This document shows positions 25,416 to 39,000 of a stretch of DNA of 64,000 nt, piece by piece. The notes beneath the pieces were generated by a model. The model saw only the letters and a program-made list of their open reading frames with translations, had not been told where the DNA came from and made no database searches. A program made the position numbers and the translations under genes. The DNA comes from Eremomyces bilateralis CBS 781.70 (lineage: Eukaryota), in the NCBI GenBank assembly GCA_010015585.1, contig ML975153.1. One strand, 5' to 3'. Each line of letters begins with the position of its first letter. Position 1 is the first letter of the stretch.

Positions 25416-27801
25416 TTAGAAAGTGTCATCATGCGTCAAACCGCACTGCTTGCCTTGGGTGACCTGTGTCGCATTTTGATAGTCGGTGTACTCAGGCAAC
25501 GAGCAACCATCAGCATAGTACTTGACTGTCCCAACCGCCAGAGAGACCTTCAGAGAAGGGAGGCTTTCAAGAGGAACCTCCTCACCAGTGATCTGTATGC
25601 ACATTAGTTTCCTTTGGTCGTTCTCCGAGCGCAGAATGCATCACCCACCCGTATGACCTTCCACGTCAGCCTGTCCGTCAGATACTCGTCCACGGCCTTG
25701 GGATCGATGGCATCCAGAGGAGTCCCGCTATCTTCAATATGATCCAGGATCGCCTCCGTAATTGGCACCTGTCCGGTTGCCAGCGACCCCTCCGTGAGCT
25801 GCCTCCGACAGTTCTCGCAATGCGGTTCTTCCTCGTCTTCGGGGAGAGGAGAGCTGAAAGTCACCACGCACCCGACATATGCTGGCACCACGGCGGTGCT
25901 GCCGCTCTCGCCAATGTAGATTTTCACAATGTATTGAGCTCCGCGATCCAGTTCCAGTCGGGAGTAGCGCACGTTGACAATGTAGTCGGGCATTTCAATG
26001 AACGAGTGGTCATGCTCTTCGGTTCCACGTGCCTCTGGGTCCTCCGGCACGCCCCCGGCATTTTCCGTGGCAGTGAGGGGAGGAGCTGACCGTGGAACAG
26101 AGGCTGGCATTGCTGGTGCCGCCGTTGTGGCGGTTGATCGTGCGGAAATAGGAGCTTGGGTTATGCCTCTCTCTGCCGTAGCAATTGAAGCTACTGCAAT
26201 AGGCATTGCCTGTGCCGCAGACTCGGCGCTCGTGACGTTTTCTCCTTGTAGAGTAGGGTCAGAAGCAGACACTGCTCTCGCGACCGTTTCTGCGACAGCG
26301 GGTTCAGATGCAAGGGCAGACAAATCTGCCCCTACTGCTATAGGAACAGGTGTTATGGTAGACGCAGCGGCAGCCAAAGCTCGCTGAATAGGAGGCTGTA
26401 ATGGGCGTGTTTGATCAAGCCCAAGCACTCGTTGGCGCAGCGGGCCGTACAAACCGTTGATCTTTGATCTGATGGCATCTAGGTACAGCTGCTGGTTGAA
26501 CCGACCGCTGCGCTGGTATTCGGGTAGCCATGGCTGAAGTTCCGGATACGTGTATCCCAGTCGAGTGCAGTAGCGGACATCATTCGACGTGATGAGCGTG
26601 TAGTTGGAGTCCTTGTTGAAGGGCTCTAGTCCATCTGTTCCTCGTTCGCGGATCCTGGGATTATTGTCGAACCAAGCGGTGGGGTTCAATTCTTGCCAGA
26701 GAGCGAGCAAGCGGTCCACATTATTGTGATGCATCCAGAAGATCGGATCAAAAGCCGCCACGCTGGGAGAAGCCATATGCCCAGGGTTTCCAAATTGGCC
26801 ATCGCCCCCGGTCCAGACATGAACAACGTTGTGTACAGATTCTAAACTCAAATATCCCGCAGGTCTTGGAATGGCCGAGATCACCTGAGTGGTAGCAAAA
26901 ATATGGTAGCTGACAGCCGCAGGATAGGTCAGCAGGCGATACACGTCCTCCTTCATCGTTGTATCCCGGGTGTTCGGGTTGCCGTCCTTGTCGTTCAAAC
27001 TTAGGTAGCTATTGATGAGGTCGACGTTCTGCACCCCATCTATCCAATTCTCTTGTCCTCGGGGGCATCTACTCGTTGCTCGAGTCTGATCATACCGCAC
27101 GCTGCGAGACGGTTCATTCGGAGTGTTGACCCGGCCGCTGGCAAAAGTCTGATTCTGCGTCAGGTGATACTCATGCATCGGATTCAGAACCCTCTGGCGC
27201 CCTCCTGGTCCATCCACATCAATCTCAACGTTGATGCAGATGTCCGGAACCCGCGCCGAAGCAGTATCCCAAAATGGGAGTCTCCATGTGTCCGCAGCTT
27301 GTCGAAGTTGCGGTTGTCTGGACGAAGGATATCGCTCAATTACACGGAGCATAAGCTCGTAGACACGTTGCTGTGAATTGATCAGGGCACATTCCACTTT
27401 GGGAGATCCCATTCAAATTACCTCAAAAAGGAGCAAATAAGCTCGGTGCCAGGTTGGGAACATGATGGAATTGTGATAGCAATAGCCACGACCCTGTCCC
27501 GGACGACTAGCGTTCGCGTCCCACGTCACATAAGGTTGCCCATGTATGCCTAATTGAATGAGTCAGATGTTGCGCGGTTCACCTAGCCATGACGCTGATC
27601 CAGGGAGTTCTTACCAGCGATTTGAAAGTAGGACAGCTTATCTTGAATGTCCATATCCTGGAAAGACCGCATAGCAAGAACGAACAGCGAGACTTGAGAT
27701 GCGCTAGCAGCATCACGGAACCACTCATTGAGTTCGCGTCTGATTGGTACTGACCCATTTGGGCCAGTCCCGGCACGAATTCCTGTGATAGCATACGACA
27801 T
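25416..27801 (-). CDS. Fungal cytosolic tyrosinase with C-terminal shielding domain
   Basis: CuA GIHG..GYCYHNSIMFPTWHRAYL; WRLPFWD; CuB LESVHNVVH..GHM..AAFDPIFWMHHNNVDRL; LGYTY; C-terminal CENC motif; three introns. Confidence 0.93.
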
Positions 27802-28982
27802 AGTGCAGGACTCTGAATATTATGAATAATTGACTTGATGAAAGCTGTATAGACAACCCCTAGGGGAGACCATGGTAACCACATTACTTATACCCAGTTC
27901 AAGACGAACATCGTGCACCGAACGAGCTGAACGGGGCTGAAGTATGTGTGAAGAACCCCAGTTGAGATGTATGCCGTTACCTTGTTGTTTCTGTGATCTA
28001 GAACTGCACAAATAAGTTTATGGCTTGAGTCCTTCTCCTGATTTGTGAGGCTTCAGGTGGAGGTTAAGTGCTGCATGAGATGCAGTGGTGCTGAAACCTA
28101 AGTGCCAATACTGAGAACGCCATTACATTGGCTCAATACAGCTTCAAGAGCTCAAGGGCCACGCCATGTAGCAGCACAGAAGGGGTATATGCTCGAGCGA
28201 GAGGCTGAGAACAATGGTACTATACTCTACTGAAAGTCGTAGGAGGCGAGCCTATCCAGGTTGTCTGCCAGGTTCAGAAGGGTATGGAGTTAACTGCGCC
28301 GTAATTACCGCCATTGGATATATCATGTGCCCCCGAGACCGACTTGTCTGAAGCCCGAAGGACAGGCTGTAATGGTGAAAGCTATCGGTGAGGGCTAGGA
28401 GCTGAACATATAGGCGACACTGCATATAGCTGCCTTGCATGCATGTGTGATATCTTATGTGATGTTTAAAGCCACTGGATCGCGAGCCAATGATACTCTC
28501 GTGGTCGGTCGCGCTGAAATGCTCCCTCATGACATGAGCACAGAAGTATCCCTTCAGGTTCTAGACCTCTAGGGACAAGATGAAGATTGTTCGGCTGATC
28601 AGCTGTCAGGATCCTGGAGTCGAGACGAGGATCTGGCGATTTGTTGTCAAGACAAGGGGATGTTGGAATGCCTTGAGGAACGAAGTGACTCGAGGTTTAG
28701 TTTATTTTAATTATTATTAACTACAGCAAACGTCCATAATCAAAAGGCACGTGATACGGTAACCAGCCTGTTATCCGTGGCCCTTGGACCCACACGGAAT
28801 AATTGTATGTAGCCTAGCATCGTACAGTTTAACACACCAGCACCATAATCTAGCCTATTGTGGCATTTTAAATACAATCTCTATCATAGTCACATTGCGT
28901 CAATAGCATCTTCTACCCTCTACCCTCTACCACCTTTGGAGGATATTTATTCACAGCTTCAGACGCAACGCATCTGCCGGTT

Positions 28983-30350
28983 ATGGCAGCACCTCGCCTG
29001 ATCTTTCTATATCCTGCCTTTTTCCGGTCAGCTTCTGCACCTGCCGAGCAGAGGTTAGTCCAACCATGCCTGCGACCGAAGACCCAACGTCGGGCACCAT
29101 CACCCAGATCATTTCGAACTTCGGCTCGGTGCTGTGACGAAGGTCTCCGCCAAAAACGATACGGCAGCGCGAACGAACCGATACCTCCTCAGCTGGAGGC
29201 GCCCGATGATGCAACGAAATCGCAAACTTCTGGCGGAGCGGCCGCGTCCGAGACACAAGCACCGGATGAACATTCCCCAGAGCAAGGAAATAGCAAAGAT
29301 GGGCAAAATCCTCCGAGCTCAGATGCGCAGAAACCACCACCGGTAGCTCATCACGCCCTCGAGACCGTTCTACATCTAGCATCACCAGCATCAGAGAAGA
29401 CGAAAAGCGAGAATGAGGAAGCCGGAAAGCCCCCGCACATGCGTACCCCACCATATGTGCATCACTTCGATACATGGACATTGGTGCGGGATCTGGAGAC
29501 GGGAGGGTTCTCTCAGGATCAATCTGTCACCATGATGAAAGCTGTCAGACGGCTCCTTACAAACAACATGGACCTTGCACACAAAGGCCTGGTCAGCAAG
29601 AGCAACGTGGAAAATGTACGTGCGATCCGAGATTCATCTACAGTACCCACTCAGAAGCGAGCGCAGCATTCAGCGATCACAACTAACCGCTGATGTCGAT
29701 ATAGGAGACCTACTTATTCCGCGCGGCTTGCTCGGAATTACGGACCGAGATCCAGAACAATCGAAAGACATCTGTTGAGCAGATGCGCAGCGAACGTAAT
29801 CAATTACAGCACGAAGTTGATATCATAAATCAGCGGATGTCACAGGAACTCCTTTCGCTTAAGGAAGATCTAAAGGGGATGTTTGACGACCGGAAGATGA
29901 ACGTACGATCTGAGCAGCGCGAAATGGAATCCAAGGTAGGCTTTATTCTGCATCCATTGGTCATATTTGTGCCGTTGTACTAACTCCCGATGATAGATTC
30001 AAGAGCTTAACTACAAAATCACTGTCGCTCTCAACTCAGACGCTCGCACCCAAGTTGAAGGACTCCGATGGGTCTTAACTAGACGTGCGGCAACCGCCTT
30101 AGGACTCTGCGCCTTGATGGTATTGATCACGCTCCGATACTACAGCTATATGACGCACACGCAAGAAGCTGAGAGAAAAAAGATGGCCGAGTCGATAGCG
30201 GGCGATAAGAGAGGGTTTGGAGGTGGATCGAATGGACCGAATGGAAATATATCCGGGTCTGGGATCCCGGAGAGCAGCGATTTAGCGGTCCGGAGTTCTA
30301 GCGGTCAAGCTGCGGAAGGTTTGCTGGTTAGCGAGGGAAGTTTGGGTTAA
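28983..30350 (+). CDS. Mitochondrial DUF1640/CCDC90-like coiled-coil protein
   Basis: Arg-rich presequence, PYVHHFDTWTLVRDLE..GF, ETYLFRAACSELRTEI, IQELNYKITV and a single C-terminal TM segment; two introns. Confidence 0.85.
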
Positions 30351-31127
30351 TGAATGCGGTGTCGACCAGCTGTTGGACGCGGGCAGCGATTTGGTCACAT
30401 ACGACGGGAGTGATCCATTAGCACTATAGAATTAGAATCCGAAGATACCCAGAATCTGGTCAATCGTGCACATAGAATTGGTTAACCTCATGCATAAGGT
30501 ATGATCTATAGCGGCACTAGGCAAAACGAAACAGTTATTGGTTATTCATTCAATAATTAGTTAGTAGGACTTGTGTACACGGTCGCATCAATTCCGATGC
30601 GCCCCTTGGGATATCCCCCCTCCAAAGCCAAACCACATCATTTCCCTTCATTAAATGGCGGCACTCATGGGTCGCGGGTAGGATACTCCATGAAATCCGT
30701 GGTCGCCTCACTTTCCATTGCTCGCAACTGGAGAACCCTTGAATGGGGGCGTGGATTCGGAGCAAACTTGAGCTGCAGCGGCTGCAATGCTGAATCATGT
30801 TTGCTTCAATATGAGCCTATTCTCGCCTCGTAAAATCGATACCTACCACGACGTTCGGCGAATGGACTTCTCCTCTAAGCCGAGAAATGCGTCCATCAGG
30901 TTTCAGACGTGACCTAGCAGACTCGACCTGACATGCGAAATACTACTCCCGGTGATCCAGAAAACCAGATTGGTTCTGTCCCCGCGGACCAACACGTTTA
31001 GATGCCTTCGGTGTCGTCCCAAGAAGGTAGAGTATCCGAGTAGATCTCAAATTCGATGTAAGATCTATGCGCATCGACACTTCGCCTCCCTCTTGCTTCA
31101 TCACATAGAAAGGCAATCGAGCCACAT

Positions 31128-32692
31128 TCATGCACCTGGCGCTCGACTTGAAGCATCCTTCTCGCCAGTGTGAGGTTCAGTGCGAACATCCCAAGATTGG
31201 GAAACCGAGATAACGTTCGGATTCGGCGTTCGGTCTGCTGCGGTCGATGAAGCTCCAGCAGAATGTGATTGTTCGGGAGGGGGACCACCAGCCAGAAAAC
31301 CATCAGTTCGCTCGCTGTCCATATCGGGAATGGCCTGTCCCACTTGTTGTTGGATGCCTCGTTCTTTCCCGCGTGTGGATGGGTCCGCCGAGGAAGCTCC
31401 AGCAGAACGTTGTTGTCCGGTAGGGGGACTGTAAGCCGTAACACTATCCGTTCGCAGGCTATCCGTGTCGGGGATGACCTGCCCCACTCGTTGTTCAATG
31501 TCTCGTTCTTGCCCGCGTCTGGATGGATCCGTCGCCCAAGCGTATGCAAACGCACTACCACCAGGCCCTCCGCGATCGCCCAGGTGACGAGCGGTGGCTG
31601 GATTAGCCTCGGTCGAACTCTTCTCTTTGCCTGATTCAATCGAATCCAGCGCTTGATTCCACTGATCTTGCAGGTTCTGCGCGTGCTCCGTCCCGATAGG
31701 CTCCACCCCTATAGGCTCCGTGTCGGTCATCGTCCCTGTCCCCGTAGCTCGAGTGCGATGGTCCACTGAGCTCAATGAATAGGTGTTTATCCGTGCCATC
31801 TTAAATGCCCGGAGGCGGTCCAAAGCAGTCTTGAAGTCGTCCAAAATTACCGTATCCGTAAGACACTTGAACACAAAGGCGAGTTTCCAAAACGGATTGA
31901 TGCCAACGGGAAGAATGGACTGGAACGCTTGGGTAACGGAACAGATGTCGATGATGATGAAGATGATGGAGAGAAACATTGCCCCAAGCATGACGCCAAA
32001 TCGAGGAGATATTCGGATAACTTCCCAAATACTCAAGTCGTATCGTACTTTAATATTGTATATCAGCGCTACCGTTGTGAAGATCCACCATGGGTCCCTA
32101 TTCCACCATGTCAACCAGTTTTCGTATATAGATTTGATATAGAATCACTTACCGACACAAGGCTTCCCATGGCCTTGTTCTCAGGAACAGATCATTGATG
32201 CCATGGAAAAAGGCAAAGTTCGCATAAATTTCGACAACCCAGTACGGCTGGGCCGCGATGACGGTGCCGATGAATAGCCAGCTTGCCCATTTTTTTAGAA
32301 AAGGTTTGATCTTGATCCAGGCAATAACATTGTGGATCGACCAGGAGATATTGAGTGGAACGGCGCTGCCAGACAACCACCAGCCGTAGATGGGTTGATC
32401 AAAAAAGATCCAGAAACCGTGCCAGATACCAAGAACTAACTGCGCAACGGGTTAGAGGACGTTTGATATTAGGATAAATCATGGCACTAACCTCTAGCAG
32501 GATGAGTTTGTGTAGAAGAACCCCTTTCCGCATGTTTGCTATGGTAATACATATCATGACGATCAAGGATCCAACCATATATCCTTGAGCCCAGCCTTCC
32601 AAGACCAATCCATGAGGGTCAGTAGGCTTTTGGGCTCCGGAATTAATACCCTCTTCTCGGCGAACGAACGCCATAGTATCTGGGAGAAACAT
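31128..32692 (-). CDS. Conserved fungal multi-pass membrane protein of unknown function with a long disordered tail
   Basis: Several hydrophobic segments; NMRKGVLLHKLILLE, RDPWW, GINPFWKLAFVFKCLTD..LDDFK; two introns; start at 32692 or 32674. Confidence 0.75.
31246..31533 (-). repeat. 144-nt (48-aa) in-frame tandem duplication
   Basis: GAAGCTCCAGCAGAA occurs at 31249 and 31393; the protein has two copies of DPS.RG.ER.I.Q.VGQ.IPD.DS.RTD.....PP..Q..SAGASS. Confidence 0.9.
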
Positions 32693-34507
32693 TGCGATCG
32701 ACGTTACAGCATTCAAAAGCACCCAGGAGAGTAGAAGGCGTGTGAGAAACTTCGCGAGAGGAGGTTGGCTCCTCATGCAACTTAAGTAACAAGGCAGCTT
32801 CAATAGGTCAAAGAGGTTGCTTGTTCGGGCCTAAAACGAACAGCCAGAGCAAAGGTCACCATATTGAATGGGTTCGAAACTCAAAGGGCGCAAAATAAGC
32901 GAAGGCATCTCACGATGAAGGAAACTCGCGGGCATATGTATGATTTCAGTCGATGGCCGGGGAGGATTGTACCCAGTAGTAATTCATGCCGGCAGGTATA
33001 AAGTACCGTAGTGCACGATGGGAACCAGGATGGGGCGAAATAGATGGTAGTTATTAATTATGAGGTTGTCCGCCCTAAAGCAAGACGGGGAGAGCGATAT
33101 GGCGGTGGCGTGCCGGAACCCCCAGAGTCAGACGACAGTCGAAAAGACCTGCGGTTGGTGACTGGGTGTGCTCCAGACCTCCAAGTCCCCGCAATTTCCT
33201 TACTTCATGGGATCAACGGTGCTGGCCTGCTCGGTCGGATACAATTGCTGGATGCAGAGGTCTACGCCATCCGGGTCGCACCGAAAATGCACGAATCCAC
33301 GCGCGATGTCGCGACCCCCAAGCATGCAATAGGTAACGGAATGGCCAGGCTGTACTCGAAGGGTCCAGGGAGTAAGCAGCAAGCCGGGGTATCGGAAAGA
33401 CAGCGGGATACTGTCATACAGGACATGGACGTAGTGACTACGAGTCCCTGGAGCCTTTCAGTGGTCATGAGAAGGACCAGCAAGAATTACCGACTGATTA
33501 ATGCAAACAAATCAAGCCGCAGTATCAATGGTCAGGAATGCAGAATGGCGCTTGGGAGGGCGCGAGGAATGAACCAATCGACGGGATCCCTTGCGTAGCT
33601 AATTACCATCGAGTTTCTCTGTCGCCCAGATGGATCGGTTGACGACGGACAGAGGCGAATAAAGGATATCTTTTGATGAAGCTCGTTTTTTCATTGGGGA
33701 TCCGGGGATCTGCTTTAAAATTTTGAGGGAGCTTCGTGATCCCGAATCCCCCAAATCCCCAATCCTTTCAAAAGTCCGCTCGCTTGCTACCTTATTGTTG
33801 TGACGAGAGTAGCCCTGTTTTCCCGAGTTGCAGTCGCGCAAACAAGGACAAAGAACTGAAAGAAGGGAGATTGGATCGAGTCTTGGTTACGCAAAGCATC
33901 GCAGCGCCCCTTCGTCGGAAACTTTCCACTGGTACAAGCAACGATGTTACGTTGATGCGCATCATGATTGATGGACGGGGCAGTCGTAGGATGAAGCTTG
34001 AGAGATGAGATAGGTGCGGTACATGATACCATCTTATATCAGCTGCAGAAATATGAGCAGCCGTTGATCGATGCAAGATGGCGATGGGAGATTGGAGAGA
34101 CGTCATCACCCATCAGGTCGCCGTGGGCGGCACTTTCCCCGATCGGATCAGAGTGATACAGCTGCAATTACTGTGGCTTAGTCATTAAATGGATCTTCTG
34201 CCTGGCTGCCTGAGTGCCTGAGCAGAGTGCCATTATAGCGTAGACTGCAACGGTGACCGCATCAGGATGTGTACATCAAGTTAGTCCAGAGTCCAGAGTC
34301 CAGAAGTCAAGATGTATGCTGTGCCATATCAAAGCGTCGTGATACACGTTTCCCCATTAACATTGTGCCACAGTAATCCCAACCTCTCAGCGTCCAGCTT
34401 CTTATCCTTCCTACCCGGATTCTCCAATCTTTGTACTCCCGTAACCTGTTCGCTTAACCTCCCGTATTCGCTGTGTCGTGGCATCAGCTCCGTTGCCGCC
34501 CCGAGCC

Positions 34508-35731
34508 ATGACCGCCCCCGAACCGCAGCACATCGTGATCATAGGCGGTGGCATCATCGGGTGCTGCACCGCGTATTTTCTTTCCCGTCACCCCCTGTAC
34601 CATCCATCCACCCACTCCATCACCCTCATCGAAGCCACCACGATTGCAGGAGGCGCCTCCGGCAAAGCAGGGGGACTCCTGGCGAAGTGGGCATACCCGT
34701 CGTGTCTTGTGCCCCTGAGTTTCCGGCTGCATGCGCGGTTAGCGGAGGAGCACGCTGGCGCGCAACGATGGGGTTACCGCCTCGTCGAGTGCGGTCAGCT
34801 AGGCGCGACAGCGCGCACGCTTGCGACATCAAGACCGTCGAGTACTGCATCGGGTCAGGGCCCTGCGGAATCATTGGGGAAGCGCTTGGGCCTGGATAAA
34901 ACGCTCAAGGCAGCAGGCCTCCCGGAGGGGTTGCAATGGGTTGCTCCTGATGCGGTGACTTCGTATGAGGAGATGAGCAAGACTGGTGACACGGCGCAGG
35001 TGCATCCGGAACTGTTCACGAGAAGCATGGCCGTCCTGGCCAAAGAACGGGGGGTAAACATTGTTTATGGACAGGCTAAGTCGGTCGGCAAGACTGATGG
35101 GCGTGTCCAAAGTGTCACTTATACAGATAAGGAGACAAAAGAAGAGAAGATAGTATCGGCGGACACAGTCGTTCTCACGGCCGGTCCATGGACACAGAAC
35201 CTGTATTCCGCCGCGCCGATTGTTGGCTTGCGAGCTCATTCGGTGGTCGTCCGACCGTCCAAACCCCTCTCCTCCCACGCTCTATTTACACAGATTCACC
35301 TACCAGCGGGCTTTTCCCGGTTGAAACGCGCACAGCTCGTCACTCCTGAGATTTATTGCCGGCCGGATAACACCGCGTACGCGTGCGGCCCGGGAGATCA
35401 ACTCGTGCCACTGCCCTCGACATCGGACGACGTCCAGATCGACCAGTCGCGGTGTCAGGATGTCATTGATCAGATCGGCGCCATTAGCGACGAGCTAAGA
35501 GATGGGGAGGTGCTGGTGAGGCAGGCGTGTTATCTACCTGTCTCCGAAGCTGGAGGGGGTCCGTTTATTGGCGAAACCAGTGTCAAGGGGCTGATCATCG
35601 CCGCCGGACATACGTGCTGGGGGATTCAGAATGCCCCTGGCACCGGTTTGTGTGTCAGTGAACTGGTGTTGGATGGTAAGGTCAAGAGCGCGAATATTCA
35701 GAGCTTGGATCCGACCAAGGCGGGCATGTAA
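34508..35731 (+). CDS. TDA3: DAO-family FAD-dependent oxidoreductase (Tda3-like)
   Basis: IIGGGIIG, AGGASGKAGGLLA, TAQVHP, QACYLP and GHTCWGIQNAPGTG; intronless. Confidence 0.87.
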   Translation: MTAPEPQHIVIIGGGIIGCCTAYFLSRHPLYHPSTHSITLIEATTIAGGASGKAGGLLAKWAYPSCLVPLSFRLHARLAEEHAGAQRWGYRLVECGQLGATARTLATSRPSSTASGQGPAESLGKRLGLDKTLKAAGLPEGLQWVAPDAVTSYEEMSKTGDTAQVHPELFTRSMAVLAKERGVNIVYGQAKSVGKTDGRVQSVTYTDKETKEEKIVSADTVVLTAGPWTQNLYSAAPIVGLRAHSVVVRPSKPLSSHALFTQIHLPAGFSRLKRAQLVTPEIYCRPDNTAYACGPGDQLVPLPSTSDDVQIDQSRCQDVIDQIGAISDELRDGEVLVRQACYLPVSEAGGGPFIGETSVKGLIIAAGHTCWGIQNAPGTGLCVSELVLDGKVKSANIQSLDPTKAGM

Positions 35732-36096
35732 AGCATGAGACACGTGTACCAATATCAAAGGAGCGCAGTGGATCCTTGCATCTTCAAAGGTGATACGCTT
35801 CGAGAAATCCATTCTTCGGTATGCCGTGATTAAACAGAAAGGGAGTAACGACGAGCCGGGCAAGGAAGTAAGCCACGCATGAACTTTGGTTCCAGCGCTA
35901 ATTCCCCACCAAATGATCTGGACTTGGGCCTCGGATTCGCTACAGACGCTCAATCAACTTTGTGCTCATTAGGAAGGGTATGGTTCGTGAAAACTAGACA
36001 CAGCGAAATGAACGGCCATCGTACTTTGGCTGAAAAAAAACCGCAACATGATTACTACCACCGAGCACATCCACCATCCGCCAAACTCGACGCCTC

Positions 36097-39000
36097 TCAT
36101 TTTGCTGCAGAAGTTGCCAATTCTTGAGCGGCCTAAAAACAAGTCAGAGAGAATGAACTGCGTTAAGAATTCCGTCCTAGGTCCGAACCCACCTTCTCCA
36201 AGTCATAATCATACTTCTCCAAAGTGGCCAATGCCTCGTGCCTCGGGAACCCCATGCTCGTCAACCGTTTCAGGATCGGATCATCGTGCTCGCTGCCCGC
36301 ACTCAGAGCCCGTGCGAGCTTGGGAGGTTGCGAGTCCTTCTCCTGCTCGATGGAGATGAACCCCACCTTTGCGTTTTCAACGGCAGGGTTGGACGGCTTG
36401 TCGACTATGCTGTTACTCGAGTCGAGACCGGAGAAGATAGCGTCCCAGTCATGCGAGCTGGATGTCATGGGAATGGCGGGACTGCTGACTTTCGAAGCCG
36501 ATGGCCCGCCGCTGCCGGACGTCGCGAAGCTTTGGGACATATGTTCGAAGTCGCTCGTGGTCGCGGTGCTGGCGCCCGCACCGTGTGCAGTTCCGGTCGG
36601 CGTGGCTTGATGGGATGTGATGGTGTTCGTCTTGGAAGCCGTCGGGGAGTCAAAGGTCGGGTTGAAGTCGCCAAAGGCATCCGCGTCGCGAGATGCCGAG
36701 ATGAAGTCGACGTCATCGTCGAGCTTGTCGTCGGTACCCTCCTTGGCATCGGTCAAGTCATCGAATCCGGAGTCGAAATCATCGCCGAAGCTCGGTTGCG
36801 ATCGGTGCTGACTGATGGGTTGTGGCTGCAAAGTCGCGGCGGACGGGGCCTGTGTCGGACCGGAGGACGCCTGTGGGGTTGTGTTAGTGCCGTCTTCCTC
36901 TTTAAGGGAGCTCTCGCTGAGTTGCTCTGAAAGGGCGGAGTGGAACGTATCCGATTGCCCTGAATCGGCCGACTGAACGGCCAACGAGGGTGTATCGCCA
37001 TCATCAGGGCTGTGCTCTTGAGAAGCTCCCCTTGCCGAATCACCATATTGAGACAACTCTGGAGGGGGTGTCGTGCTTACCCCGGATGCTGTTGCAAATA
37101 GATTCTGTCCCGCCGTCTTCTCAGATGTGCTCGTGGCAGGGCTGGCAAATGTTTTCTCGGGTGACGTGGCCTGCGAGCCCGGTTCTGAGGTCGGATCTTG
37201 TCGCGAGGGCAACAGCCCGCCAAATTCAGGTGGAAACTGGTTGGATCCGGTCCGCGCTGGCACAGACTGCTCATAGCTTGGCGGGCCTTTCTGGGCATTT
37301 GGAGTTGGAAGATCCGTCGATGCGCTCGATGGAATCTGGCTAACGGGCGGGCGTTGGGAGGATACTTTGAAGAAATCATCGCCGGTATCCGTAGCGCTCG
37401 TTCCCGGCCTCGACTGAGACTTTCCCGTCCCTGCACCGGACAGGCCACTTCCCTTCCGCTGGTGCTGAGAGCTAGCTGGCGTGAAGCTATCTTCAAAACC
37501 TTGCGCTGGCTCACTATTGCTATCACTATCGTCGTCCTGTCCTACGTCTTCGATAGGAGGAAACTCCTCCTTGAATTTCTTGGAAGCATCCCCTCCGGAA
37601 GAGGAAGCGCCATTGACACTTGTACCTGTAGGAGCCTTGCCAGAGCCAGTTCCAAAAGACGCAAAGGCGGCGTCAAAGTCAACCTTGCCGCCTCGGGTGG
37701 CCGATGAGAATGGGTCAGATCGGTCGGTTTGCCGAGCACTGCTTCTGCTCTTGTCGCTGAACGCACCGGCACTACCACCGGTGATATCAGCTTGCAAGGG
37801 GCTGGATGTGGACGGGAATCCCCCAGGAAGAGGGAACCCAGAGTGCTCTGGCTTGCTTGCTTCACCGCGGGACCCTTCTTGACCCTGCACATTAGAGGAG
37901 CTAGACGCATTTTTCGGGGTGTCAGCGCCTCCGATTCGACTCGCTGGAGTTGCGACTCTCACTGAGGAGCTGAAAGAGTCTGTGCGAGGGATGCTGCTCG
38001 GTAGGGGGAGCTCGCTGGATGTGATTTGCCTGGACTGGGGAGGCGGCGGAGGTTCATTCGTCTCTTGATAAGACGATAGGGGCGGGCTGGTCGAAGGTGT
38101 TGGGGCATCTGCTTCGGACGAAACCACAGATCCGCCAGCTTGATGAGAGGTGGCCGCAGCTGCAAAGTTCGGGGCATTCGAGCGTGGGAAAGAGTCGGTT
38201 CTGGATGCAAATGACGTCTGTGGAGGTTGACTGGTCGACGGCCCCGTGGGTGCGAAGGCAGTGTTGAAGAAGTTATCGAACCTGTCGTGAGCAGTGCCGC
38301 CAGGGCTTGTCGGTGTGAAGGTAGACGGGCTTGTAGTTTTGTCGAAGCTCTGTTGGGGCGATTTCCTGAAGAATGGATTCATGCTCTGATTACTCGCCGC
38401 ACTGGGAGCAGGACTCGTCACGGGAGACCCGGTCTGATCGGCTGCTGCGCTTCTGGACGCTTGCTTTGCTTGGTTCAGTTCGTTCATTTCCGACTTGAGC
38501 TTCTCACGCTCGCCCTCATTTGTTGCAAGTTGCTTCTTGTTGATAGAGACCATCCCTTTCTGGTGGCGGGCTTCGTTACGGAGCTTTTCAATCAGCGGCT
38601 TTAGTTGGGCCACTTCGTTGTTCGTTTGGCCGATACGCTCTCGAAGAGAGGTATTCTCTCGTTGCGCTGATTGGAGCTGTTCTGCGGATTGGCGGTGTTG
38701 CACCTGCAAATCTTGATACGTGCCTTCAAGCATGGCGAACTCCTTCTGCAACTTTTGAGCATCATTGCGACTAGAAGCCAGGCGGTCTTCCAAATCTTTA
38801 ACCACTTTGACTTCCTGCTCATACTGAGAGCGGAACTGTGACAGCCGAAGCTGGAGATCACGCTTCTGCGTGTTCGTGCTGCTTAGATCACTTTCCGTTG
38901 CCGATTTCTTCGATTGCACCTCCTTCGTCTTGTTTGCAAGCTGGCGCAGCTCATTCGACATATTCGCAAGCTCCGAAGTATCGGGCGTCAACTTCTTGCT

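Noticed and set aside
21130..27801. Tyrosinase plus CE4 as a melanin/chitosan gene cluster
   Set aside because: Adjacency only; no PKS/NRPS, regulator or shared motif supports a cluster.
33044..33598. 184-aa ORF in the divergent intergenic region
   Set aside because: No motif, no coding-like composition and no splice-supported extension.
34284..34304. GTCCAGA x3 (also CTACCCT repeats near 28914-28931)
   Set aside because: Short simple repeats with no spacers; not CRISPR-like and of no evident function.
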